Positions 7,723 to 15,290 of a stretch of DNA of 19,595 bases are shown here, one piece after another (the first letter of the stretch is position 1; each line of letters starts with the position of its first letter). The stretch lies in UHGV virus genome UHGV-0349066; one strand, 5' to 3'. The DNA is from a virus. The position numbers and the translations under genes are program-made. The notes beneath the pieces are model-generated. The model saw only the letters and a list, made by a program, of their open reading frames with translations, had not been told where the DNA came from and did no database searches.

Positions 7723-8166
7723 TTAACTGATTTTGAAATCTCTTAACGTACCAGTTGATTTCATCACGTTTTGGAACGCGGCACTAATGTTGTTGGTCCA
7801 GTAATAATGTTGACCATTAATAACCTGTTGATAAGTCAACGTACAAGTATTACCACCCAGGTTTACAGTAATGTTAGAAGCTCTCCCACCTTGTAAGTAA
7901 ACCGCTAAAGTAGGCTTTGCGTTGGTAAATATCGTCGTTAACTGTAACTCGATACCTACTAAAGTTCCCACCCCGCAGTTACCCGCGTTTTGAATGGTCC
8001 CCTGATTTTTCTGGTTTAACGGCCAGTTTGGTCCTACTGCACCCCATTTATTACCTAAGGAATCGCTATATGCGGCAGTTGCAATTTTACAGCCCATTGA
8101 TCGTCCCACCATTTGACTCATCATAAAAGGTCTACCCAATCCTAATTTACTACCCGCAGCGCTCAT
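7723..8166 (-). CDS. gp38-like adhesin paralog with divergent C-terminal domain; N-terminus apparently disrupted (likely extends to ATG at 8225 across a frameshift)
   Basis: Minimal ORF from ATG 8166. The in-frame sequence upstream back to the stop of the preceding gene encodes VDGVASGWVGSSARNETGEQW, homologous to the N-terminus of the 8242..9024 product; AAGGAGG plus ATG at 8225..8223 is in another frame, separated by a G4 run. Confidence 0.55.
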   Translation of the reverse strand: MSAAGSKLGLGRPFMMSQMVGRSMGCKIATAAYSDSLGNKWGAVGPNWPLNQKNQGTIQNAGNCGVGTLVGIELQLTTIFTNAKPTLAVYLQGGRASNITVNLGGNTCTLTYQQVINGQHYYWTNNISAAFQNVMKSTGTLRDFKIS

Positions 8167-8241
8167 CCATTGTTCGCCCGTTTCATTCCTAGCTGAAGAT
8201 CCGACCCATCCTGACGCTACCCCATCTACCCTCCTTTTTAA

Positions 8242-9024
8242 TTAAACACGTGAACCGTATATTGCACCTACTGCGTCCCATCTTGGCGCATTACCAGTAA
8301 CAGCTTTACCAGCTGCTCCGCCGTTATATTCTGTACCGTTACCATGAGTATTACATCTTCCTCCAGCAGCACCGACATTACCACCCGAACCGCCTGTATA
8401 TGCACTAAGAGACCCCTCACCAACAGATCCTTTACCAGGAGCGGAAATAGTACCAGCAGTTGCACCGGAACTCATATGAGAGGAAGACCCGCCAGCACCG
8501 AATGGGCGACCACCGCCACCACCAAATATTAGTCTACCCCTGTTACCGCCACCACCGCCGCCACCGCCTCCGGCAATAGCGCCACGGTTGGTTATACGCA
8601 GTCTGTTTCCTATTCCGTTCTGTATTGCGGTTCCACCTGCACCGCCTGGTGAGTTAGAACCGCCGTTGCCTCCTCTGCCGTATACTGTAACCCCAGGATT
8701 GATAACGAGTGTAATGGAGGAGTTCGGTAGGTCGCCAGGGAACTCTAAACAAGGAACTCCGCTACTATAAGACACTAAATCCCCCGTAATAGTCACAACG
8801 ACAGCAGTAGAGCCTAAAGAACGTAAATAGTTAATAAGAGTATCCTTATTATAGCTATGGTTAGCACCAATAGAATAATGGACCTCTTTTGATTTTCCCG
8901 CCAATTGCGACATCCAGCCTGGAACCGGCACACCAAGTGTGCGCATCGCGCCAGACATCCATTCGTTACCAGCTTCAGCTTTTGCTGAAGAACCAATCCA
9001 ACCACCTACGCCGACAACTGCCAC
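8242..9024 (-). CDS. T2-type gp38-like tail-fibre tip adhesin, glycine-rich (260 aa)
   Basis: GTG start overlapping the fibre TAG stop (TAGTG) with GGGAGA Shine-Dalgarno. N-terminus MAVVGVGGWIGSSA...WMSQLAG and motifs ITGDLVSYS, YGRGGNGG, AIAGGGGGGGGG, GGGGGRPFGAGG match my recollection of T2/K3-type gp38 adhesins with glycine-rich motifs. Confidence 0.75.
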   Translation of the reverse strand: MAVVGVGGWIGSSAKAEAGNEWMSGAMRTLGVPVPGWMSQLAGKSKEVHYSIGANHSYNKDTLINYLRSLGSTAVVVTITGDLVSYSSGVPCLEFPGDLPNSSITLVINPGVTVYGRGGNGGSNSPGGAGGTAIQNGIGNRLRITNRGAIAGGGGGGGGGNRGRLIFGGGGGRPFGAGGSSSHMSSGATAGTISAPGKGSVGEGSLSAYTGGSGGNVGAAGGRCNTHGNGTEYNGGAAGKAVTGNAPRWDAVGAIYGSRV

Positions 9025-12000
9025 TAGGATCTCCCTTTGATTTCGTTAACCTCTTGACGCAACGCTTTCATACCCTCTACTAACAGCGCAATAACACCAT
9101 TGTAGTTTAGACGTAAACGTTTTTCGCCTGAAATGACATCATCATCCTCAGACACAAGTTCAGGTAACGCTTCTAATGCGTCTTGAGCAATTAGACCTAC
9201 AGAGGTCTGCCAGCCGTCGTCAGGATGCTGAATTTCGTACAAATAACCGGTTAGTAACTCTAACCGATCCAAAGCTTTATCTAGTTTCACCAGATTACGT
9301 TTGTTACGACGGTCAGAACGAATCTGTACGTCGTTAAACGAACCGTTACCGCTGCCAGTAACGTTATGACCAAAGGTTACTTGACCGTTAGCATTATTAA
9401 AATACAACGGACGTAGACCGTTCCAGGAACCCGTTGCAGCTTGACCGGCGTCGGTTACTAAGAAATAGGTATTGGCACCATCGTTACGTAACATAAAGCC
9501 GTAGTTGCCGTAAGCGATTCGAAAATCAGGGTACTTAGTGACCAATTTACCGTTAACGGTTAAATCGCCACCTATAGTACCGCCCCCTGACGGTAACGCA
9601 CCGATGTCACCAGCGTTAGGCTTGTTGTGTGTGCTGTAAATCAGATAGACGGTACCGTCTGTTAGTCCTGCGGGTTTATTAGCCGTATAACTTGGCGATG
9701 TATGAATCGTTACGTTGGCATTACTAGTGTAATCCCACTGAATAGTAACACCGGTGGCGTAATTACCTATTTCAACATAAATATCGTAAGTGTCACCAGA
9801 TGTATTCACCCATGCAAAATTAGCGAAGCCGACTGAAGTCAGTCGCCATAACGCACCAGTAATACCTTTTGGATTCCCATTTCCTGCACGCAGAACCAGC
9901 TCAGAGATACCTGCTTGATGTGGGGAACCAACGTTAAACCCTGCACCACCAATCATGCTTATGTAAACCACGGAACTGGCTTGCGGCATCGTTACAGTTG
10001 CCAGTTTGAACCATCCGGCACCACCATTAAAAGACACAGTTGTTGTGTTCGCGGCACCAACATTTCGTAAGAATTTTCTCTTATCTGGAATATCGGCACC
10101 ATTCTGTTTCTTCTGCAATGACCCACCGGCCAATTCTACAGTTTGGCCAAGATTTAAACTTTCAGCCGTTATTTCGATGTTTTTGGTGCCGTCAAATGCG
10201 ATACCGTTAATGGTACGCGCTGTCTGCAATTTTGTTGCAGTGGCCGCGTTTCCGGTGGTCGACTGATTGCCCGTTTGGTTTACGCCAGGTAAGTTGATGT
10301 CTTTAGTACCATCAAAAGCTACACCACCTATATTTCGCGCAGTCTGGAGCTTAGTCGCTGTCGCGGCATTCCCCGTAGTCGATTGGTTACCGGTTTGGTT
10401 CACACCGGGCAGACTAATGTCTTGCGAACCGTCAAAGTTAACACCACCGATCTTACGTGGCGTTTGTAACTTAGTAGCGGTCGCTGCATTACCTGTCGTA
10501 TTCTGGTTACCTTGCTGGTTAACCCCCGGTAAATTGATATCCCCAGTACCGTCGAAGGTAACGCCCCCGATTCTGCGAGCGGTTTTCAGTTTCGTCGCGG
10601 TAGCGGCGTTGCCAGTAGTATCCTGATTACCGGTGGTATTTACACCAGGAATACTATCACGGGCAGTATAAACTTGTGCCCAATCTGACCACGGCGCATC
10701 CGCTGTATCACGTCGACTACGAATATAAACGGGTGCGTGCGCACCACTCGTGCCCGACCAACCAATTAACAGCTCACCTTCACCTAATGCGGCAGAACCA
10801 CCCAAATGCAGCAAGTTACCATAAGCGGTCGGATAACCGTTATTGTAAACTTCGTACATCTGAATACCAGGCGTACCTTTGTTTGAACCGGTTAGTGCAG
10901 TAACCCGACCACGACCTACCAGGGTGTTGATATTGATGTCAGCAGAACCATCGAATCTTACACCGTTAATATTTCTGGCGGTTTGAAGTTTAGTGGCTGT
11001 ACCAGCATTACCCGTGGTGTTTTGATTGCCCTGTTGGTTAACACCTGGGAGGTTAATATCACCACTACCGTCGAAAGCGACTCCACCAATTCTACGTGCG
11101 GTCTTTAATTTCGTTGCGGTTGAAGCATTGCCTGTTAACTCGCCTGCTAACCCTTTTGCAAAGGTCTGTTTTTCTGCCCAGGTGTGTGCTGCATTCAATA
11201 CAGGCATCTGTCGTGGTGTAATCGTACGACTACCTTTCTCACCAGCGATACGTACTGCAAAGAATCGATAGTTGGCAGTAGACACCGTACTACGCCAAAC
11301 CAACATACTCCGGCCTGATGTAGCGCCATCTGATGGACCAACCAGAATGCTAACTAGGTTACCGTCAATAACACCCCAATCCATTCCCGTAGGAATGTTT
11401 TTCATGGTGTTAAGCGGCGTACAGATTAACTCACCCGGTTTAAAGTCATAGGTTTGCCAGTCTAAAGGATCAACATTCGCACGTTCACCGCCGATACCTA
11501 ATACCAGCGGAAGCGAATACGATGTGAAAACCTCACGCCAATCGCTCCAAGCGTTACCCGTACGGATACGTTGAAATTTACGACCTTTAGTTTCTGTACC
11601 CGTACCGTAAGTAGTATAATTCTGTTCGACCCCTGTACCGTCTAAGCGTAAGGTAACTTCACAAACGCCTAATATGGTTTCACCAGAAGAACCGGTAAGT
11701 GGACCGTTAGTTGCTTCACCAGTGACACTGAAACGTCCCGGTTTAACGAGATCGTTAAAATTGGCTTTAAAGAAAGCACCGTCAGTCTGATAACCAACCT
11801 GAATCCAATCTTCCCATTGCGGGTTTGATGAATCCCATGTTGCGGTCAAACCACGAACATACATCGTACCACGACGTGTGGTGTATCGTTGCAACCGTCC
11901 GAAAAGACCACCTTCCATTACTTCTAGTACGCCTTGCGCGCCACCACCTTCTTCAGGGTAATGTCTGCTAAAAACAGCCAGCGAACTGCTTGAGTTTCGC

Positions 12001-13625
12001 CAGTTACCCATATGCTCAGCGCCACCCAAACTGTTCAAGTCTATAGCGGTAGATAATGGACGTACACCAGTAGTTACCATTCTCCACGGTGACCAGGGTC
12101 CATTGGCACCATTCCACTCGCCACTCAGCATACGGTTGTACACGTTACCATTACGACAGGTAAAACGCTGTGCGCCACTGTAATTACCGGCTTTATACAC
12201 TTCCAGATAACCGACTGCACCGTCTTCTGGGAAATGTTTTGCCATCGACGCATTGGTTGACGTCGACTTAGCCCACGTTCCTGTGTAATTGGCATCTGGA
12301 GCAAATGTGTTAATATCAGCATCTACAGGCATTTCGCCACGGAAACGCAGATAAGTGTCAGGAGACAGACCGATATTGCGAGCAAACGTTTCTTTATCTG
12401 GGATATCAGCGCCGTTAGAGTTTTTCTGTAACGCGCTATTCGCTTTATCTACAGTGGCTTTTAATCCCAAGAAATTGATGATATCCGCAGTTGACCCTTT
12501 CGCTAACAAGGATCTGGCCGTTTCTGTAAAATCCGTTAATCCGACTTTATTACTGCCAGTGAAATACATGAGTTTATTTGCCGCTGTGGTGACTGCGGCA
12601 ATGGCGGTGAGCAACGGACTGAGGGGTTGTTTCTGCGCAAGTTCCCCAGTAATCGTTGTTGCGAAGTTAGGGTCATTACCTAACGCCTCAGCTAATTCCG
12701 CTAAGGTATTTAACGTCTCGGGTGAAGAACCAACCAGTTCCGCAATCGCGTCACGCACCCAGGCCGTTGTGGAAATACTCGTGTCGTTTGAATCTTTCGG
12801 GGGTGTTGGGGATGACGGTTTACCCGTAAAATTCGGCGAATGTTTATTGGCTTTTAACTGTAATTCGTCATTCAGCTGTTTAACCGTGGACGGTGTGGCA
12901 GCCTCAGTCACGGATTCGCTAGTCAGCGTATCGTTAAGTTTAACGATACCTTTACCGGTTGTACTAGCGTCGATTAAGCCCTGCGCAGCGATTTTCTCCG
13001 CACGTAAGGCAGCTGACTCCGAACGTGTTGCTGCGCCCTCTGAACTTTCTTTATCTTTCGCGACCTGTGCAGCAATCTTCTCCACTGCGCCCTTACTGGC
13101 CTCAACTGAAGCCGCAGTATTCTCGACACCGGTAGCCGTCTGTTGGACTTGTCCGGCCTGTTGCGTAACCGTTTCTGCTTTCTTAGTTACATCAGCCGCT
13201 GCAGCCGTCACCGATTGTTCGCTTGTGGCGACAGCTTGAGCTTTCTCATTTACCGACTGTAATACAGTATCTACGGCAGTTTTCGCGGCTAAAACTTCAG
13301 CGTGTTTTTTGTTAACCTCAGCAGTTTTAGTGGCAACGGTTCCCGCTTGCTCGCTAACGGTGGAAGCTAACGTGTCAGTTTGTTGCTTCGCTGTTTCTGC
13401 TAAGTCTTTTGCTTGTGTGGCTTCTGTTGCAGACTGTTGTGATTTGGCCGCAGCCGTTTGTGCGTCAGCAACCGCGTTTCTGACGGTGTCAATATCCGCA
13501 ACAATCTCGCGGACAGGTAACTGATAATCCCTTTCGTCTTTCGAAAAAAGTAAAACGCCTTCACCGATATCCCCGGTGTATGGACGTAAATCGTGTAAAC
13601 GAATTTTCTTTACCGCTTTAGCCAT
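9024..13625 (-). CDS. long (L-shaped-type) tail fibre protein with C-terminal intramolecular chaperone / autoproteolytic domain (1533 aa)
   Basis: ATG at 13625; Ala-rich coiled-coil stalk; fibre motifs TLNTLAELAEALGNDPNFATT; 40-aa tandem repeats (GNAATATKLQTAR..FDG..DINLPGVNQ); C-terminal SDRRNKRNLVKLDKALDRLELLTGYLYEIQ...GLIAQDALEALPELV...NYNGVIALLVEGMKALRQEV typical of peptidase-S74-type chaperone domains. Confidence 0.9.
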   Translation of the reverse strand: MAKAVKKIRLHDLRPYTGDIGEGVLLFSKDERDYQLPVREIVADIDTVRNAVADAQTAAAKSQQSATEATQAKDLAETAKQQTDTLASTVSEQAGTVATKTAEVNKKHAEVLAAKTAVDTVLQSVNEKAQAVATSEQSVTAAAADVTKKAETVTQQAGQVQQTATGVENTAASVEASKGAVEKIAAQVAKDKESSEGAATRSESAALRAEKIAAQGLIDASTTGKGIVKLNDTLTSESVTEAATPSTVKQLNDELQLKANKHSPNFTGKPSSPTPPKDSNDTSISTTAWVRDAIAELVGSSPETLNTLAELAEALGNDPNFATTITGELAQKQPLSPLLTAIAAVTTAANKLMYFTGSNKVGLTDFTETARSLLAKGSTADIINFLGLKATVDKANSALQKNSNGADIPDKETFARNIGLSPDTYLRFRGEMPVDADINTFAPDANYTGTWAKSTSTNASMAKHFPEDGAVGYLEVYKAGNYSGAQRFTCRNGNVYNRMLSGEWNGANGPWSPWRMVTTGVRPLSTAIDLNSLGGAEHMGNWRNSSSSLAVFSRHYPEEGGGAQGVLEVMEGGLFGRLQRYTTRRGTMYVRGLTATWDSSNPQWEDWIQVGYQTDGAFFKANFNDLVKPGRFSVTGEATNGPLTGSSGETILGVCEVTLRLDGTGVEQNYTTYGTGTETKGRKFQRIRTGNAWSDWREVFTSYSLPLVLGIGGERANVDPLDWQTYDFKPGELICTPLNTMKNIPTGMDWGVIDGNLVSILVGPSDGATSGRSMLVWRSTVSTANYRFFAVRIAGEKGSRTITPRQMPVLNAAHTWAEKQTFAKGLAGELTGNASTATKLKTARRIGGVAFDGSGDINLPGVNQQGNQNTTGNAGTATKLQTARNINGVRFDGSADININTLVGRGRVTALTGSNKGTPGIQMYEVYNNGYPTAYGNLLHLGGSAALGEGELLIGWSGTSGAHAPVYIRSRRDTADAPWSDWAQVYTARDSIPGVNTTGNQDTTGNAATATKLKTARRIGGVTFDGTGDINLPGVNQQGNQNTTGNAATATKLQTPRKIGGVNFDGSQDISLPGVNQTGNQSTTGNAATATKLQTARNIGGVAFDGTKDINLPGVNQTGNQSTTGNAATATKLQTARTINGIAFDGTKNIEITAESLNLGQTVELAGGSLQKKQNGADIPDKRKFLRNVGAANTTTVSFNGGAGWFKLATVTMPQASSVVYISMIGGAGFNVGSPHQAGISELVLRAGNGNPKGITGALWRLTSVGFANFAWVNTSGDTYDIYVEIGNYATGVTIQWDYTSNANVTIHTSPSYTANKPAGLTDGTVYLIYSTHNKPNAGDIGALPSGGGTIGGDLTVNGKLVTKYPDFRIAYGNYGFMLRNDGANTYFLVTDAGQAATGSWNGLRPLYFNNANGQVTFGHNVTGSGNGSFNDVQIRSDRRNKRNLVKLDKALDRLELLTGYLYEIQHPDDGWQTSVGLIAQDALEALPELVSEDDDVISGEKRLRLNYNGVIALLVEGMKALRQEVNEIKGRS
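10134..10613 (-). repeat. four tandem ~120-bp coding repeats within the tail fibre gene (40-aa units GNAATATKLQTAR.IGGV.FDG..DINLPGVNQ.GNQ.TT)
   Basis: Protein residues about 1005-1164 show period-40 repeats; the DNA copies differ mainly at synonymous positions. The ORF track shows the repeat as mirrored plus-strand ORFs 10006..10266 and 10267..10626. Confidence 0.8.
10893..11132 (-). repeat. two further copies of the 120-bp fibre coding repeat
   Basis: Protein residues about 832-911 (GNASTATKLKTARRIGGVAFDGSGDINLPGVNQQGNQNTT, GNAGTATKLQTARNINGVRFDGSADININ...). Confidence 0.75.
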
Positions 13626-13684
13626 GATATTTAATTCTCTATCGGGAGCTAAAAGATCTGAGGAAGTGTTTTACCCCCTCAACA

Positions 13685-13706
13685 TTTTTATAAGCGGATT
13701 ATTATA
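13685..13706 (-). promoter_or_regulatory. candidate promoter elements upstream of the long tail fibre gene
   Basis: Perfect TATAAT on the minus strand (plus 13701-13706) and an adjacent TATAAAAA (plus 13685-13692) resembling the T4 late promoter TATAAATA, inside an unusually long 203-nt intergenic spacer; no good -35 element. Confidence 0.3.
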
Positions 13707-13828
13707 CTGGTTTTAATCCATCATCTTCTAACGTGAAAGTGATGCCCAACTCCGCGCTTCATGATTTGGGATTGTTAAGTTTTGATAAATGTTTGCTTTG
13801 ACCTCCATTACCGGTAAAACGGTCAAGT

Positions 13829-14389
13829 TCATGTAGCCGGGTTTTCTTCAGCTGTGTCGTCATCTGGAACCTCAAAGGTAAGAACAGCATCATCACCAAT
13901 ACAGAAGATCGCGTCATCTTCGTTTGCTAATGCTCGTTCGGTTGTATCGAATAACGTTACCATAAACGCATTCATCCACGCAGGAGAATCGTCAGCAACG
14001 TTAACAGCAATGGGTTCGTTACCTAAGGTGATATCTGCAGCACGTAAATCTTCGGGTTGTAAGTTCGTTCCGCAGAATTCATTTACAACACCTAAAATGT
14101 CACGAAGGTTGTCTTCGGTACCATCTAACGAAATCAAAATAGGTTCAGACGCTAACACTTCGTCCGCATCCAAACGGTCGTAATAAACAACCACAGAAGC
14201 ACCATCAGGTTTCCTGATTTTTGTAATCTCTGTCAGTGTGTTACGACGCGAAGTGGTCGGGGACGGGTTTGCCATAGTGTTGCTAATACGGATTTCGTTT
14301 AGAGACAACCGTGAACCGTTATCGTGGTTGATTAAAGCGACCACTAATTCGGCTGAGGCCAGACTTAAATCAGGTACGTAAGTAGTCAC
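13829..14389 (-). CDS. hypothetical fibre-associated protein, paralog of the 7111..7623 product (186 aa; start refined)
   Basis: GTG at 14389 with GGGAGG 5 nt upstream; start position matches the paralog start (MTTYVPDLSL vs MEQFTPDLSL). The ORF-track N-terminal extension to 14458 is the translated terminator hairpin and T-run. Confidence 0.7.
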   Translation of the reverse strand: MTTYVPDLSLASAELVVALINHDNGSRLSLNEIRISNTMANPSPTTSRRNTLTEITKIRKPDGASVVVYYDRLDADEVLASEPILISLDGTEDNLRDILGVVNEFCGTNLQPEDLRAADITLGNEPIAVNVADDSPAWMNAFMVTLFDTTERALANEDDAIFCIGDDAVLTFEVPDDDTAEENPAT

Positions 14390-14404
14390 TAAAACCTCCC
14401 AGAT

Positions 14405-14450
14405 CAAAAAAAAAATAAAAACACCTACCGCCCATAGAATCGGGCGGTAG
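14405..14450 (-). terminator. rho-independent terminator, 6 nt upstream of the ribosome-binding site of the 13829..14389 gene
   Basis: 9-bp GC-rich stem CTACCGCCC / GGGCGGTAG (14425-14433 / 14442-14450), 8-nt loop, then GTGTTTTTATTTTTTTTTT on the minus strand. Confidence 0.75.
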
Positions 14451-14484
14451 GCAGTCATTTTACAGCTAAAAATCGAAGTAGTTA

Positions 14485-14919
14485 CTACGCTTTAACGGAC
14501 TTTGCTAGATTGATATCAAAGAATCGGATTTCTAAAATTTTATCGTTGCGATACATTATGCGTGGTTTTAGATCTACGTAACCATGCTCAATAATAAAGT
14601 TTCGAACATCGTCACCGTACACACCACCCGGACAAAACTCACCATAAACTTCAACGTTATTATCGTCCGCTGTCACCATGATGTCAGTAAGATGGCCACC
14701 AGAAAATTCAATTCTGACAGTTTTTGGAAAGTCAGTATTGAATTCTGTAGGATCTTTAATAGCCTCACAAACGCTCATGTGATGTCTTAGTAGGCGCGCA
14801 AACGCTGCGGAGGGATTTTCAGGATCGTAGAAATCCGAACGAGGTAATGTCAATAATAACCCTTTAACTTTAATATCCTGTCTTTCAGGTATCACCGTTA
14901 TTTCTGCTTTTACTTTCAT
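14485..14919 (-). CDS. hypothetical protein (144 aa; start refined)
   Basis: ATG at 14919 overlapping the TGA of the upstream gene (ATGA), GGAGAA Shine-Dalgarno; ORF-track start at 14937 lies inside the upstream gene. Confidence 0.6.
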   Translation of the reverse strand: MKVKAEITVIPERQDIKVKGLLLTLPRSDFYDPENPSAAFARLLRHHMSVCEAIKDPTEFNTDFPKTVRIEFSGGHLTDIMVTADDNNVEVYGEFCPGGVYGDDVRNFIIEHGYVDLKPRIMYRNDKILEIRFFDINLAKSVKA

Positions 14920-15290
14920 TCGATTAATTCTCCACACAACTCAACGTCGATACCAAACATCAATCCCACTTCTTGAAGCTTGCTCGCCAGTAGATGACGA
15001 TGGCAAAACTTGCCTGCGGGACAATAACACATCAAAACCAAATCTTCGTGTCTAAGTAATGACACTAAAGTTTCGGCGTCGGTATCTAACAGTCGTTCGA
15101 GTTTGTACAAATACTTTATCGTGTACTCGCGTTCAGCAGCTGCATCCTTTGCAGAGTTTTTATACGCCATTAAGAAATCCCAGTCGGGGGCGAGTTCCTT
15201 TCGCCCTGACTTCACAGTGATATCCACTGCGTGAAACCCTTTCTGCTTAGCTAACCGCCACTTAGCGAGCTGTAACGTCCAGATACGCAT
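14916..15290 (-). CDS. hypothetical protein with C-terminal Cys/His motif CYCPAGKFCHRH (124 aa)
   Basis: ATG at 15290 overlapping the upstream TAA (TAATG); motif C-x-C-x5-C-H-x-H suggests metal binding, possibly DUF488-like (unverified). Confidence 0.6.
   Translation of the reverse strand: MRIWTLQLAKWRLAKQKGFHAVDITVKSGRKELAPDWDFLMAYKNSAKDAAAEREYTIKYLYKLERLLDTDAETLVSLLRHEDLVLMCYCPAGKFCHRHLLASKLQEVGLMFGIDVELCGELIE

Noticed and set aside
7723-8166. Taking the ORF-track start (ATG 8166) as the true start of the gp38-like paralog
   Set aside because: Kept as the minimal feature, but not accepted as the biological N-terminus: the ribosome-binding site before 8166 is poor, and in-frame homology to the adhesin N-terminus continues upstream to the preceding stop codon.
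8520-8580. CCACCGCC-rich low-complexity DNA as a possible regulatory simple repeat
   Set aside because: It is the antisense of Gly codons (GGN) encoding the poly-Gly tract of the gp38-like adhesin.
10134-10613. Possible CRISPR array or other non-coding tandem repeat
   Set aside because: The repeats are in-frame coding units of the fibre gene (40-aa period), with no unique spacers.
12355-13239. Plus-strand 294-aa ORF (and other plus-strand ORFs at 10006..10626, 11026..11271, 13309..13524) inside the fibre gene
   Set aside because: They lie antisense to a 1533-aa ORF with clear fibre homology, have low-complexity Ala/Ser/Val-rich translations mirroring the Ala/Thr-rich or repeated coding strand, and lack ribosome-binding sites; shadow ORFs.
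13854-14183. Plus-strand ORF 13854..14183 (109 aa)
   Set aside because: Antisense to the paralog gene 13829..14389, which has a ribosome-binding site and paralog support.
14390-14458. ORF-track N-terminal extension (MTAYRPILWAVGVFIFFLIWEVLV) of the 13829..14458 ORF, which looks like a signal peptide
   Set aside because: The hydrophobic stretch is the translation of the terminator hairpin and T-run; the paralog alignment and a GGGAGG Shine-Dalgarno support the GTG start at 14389.
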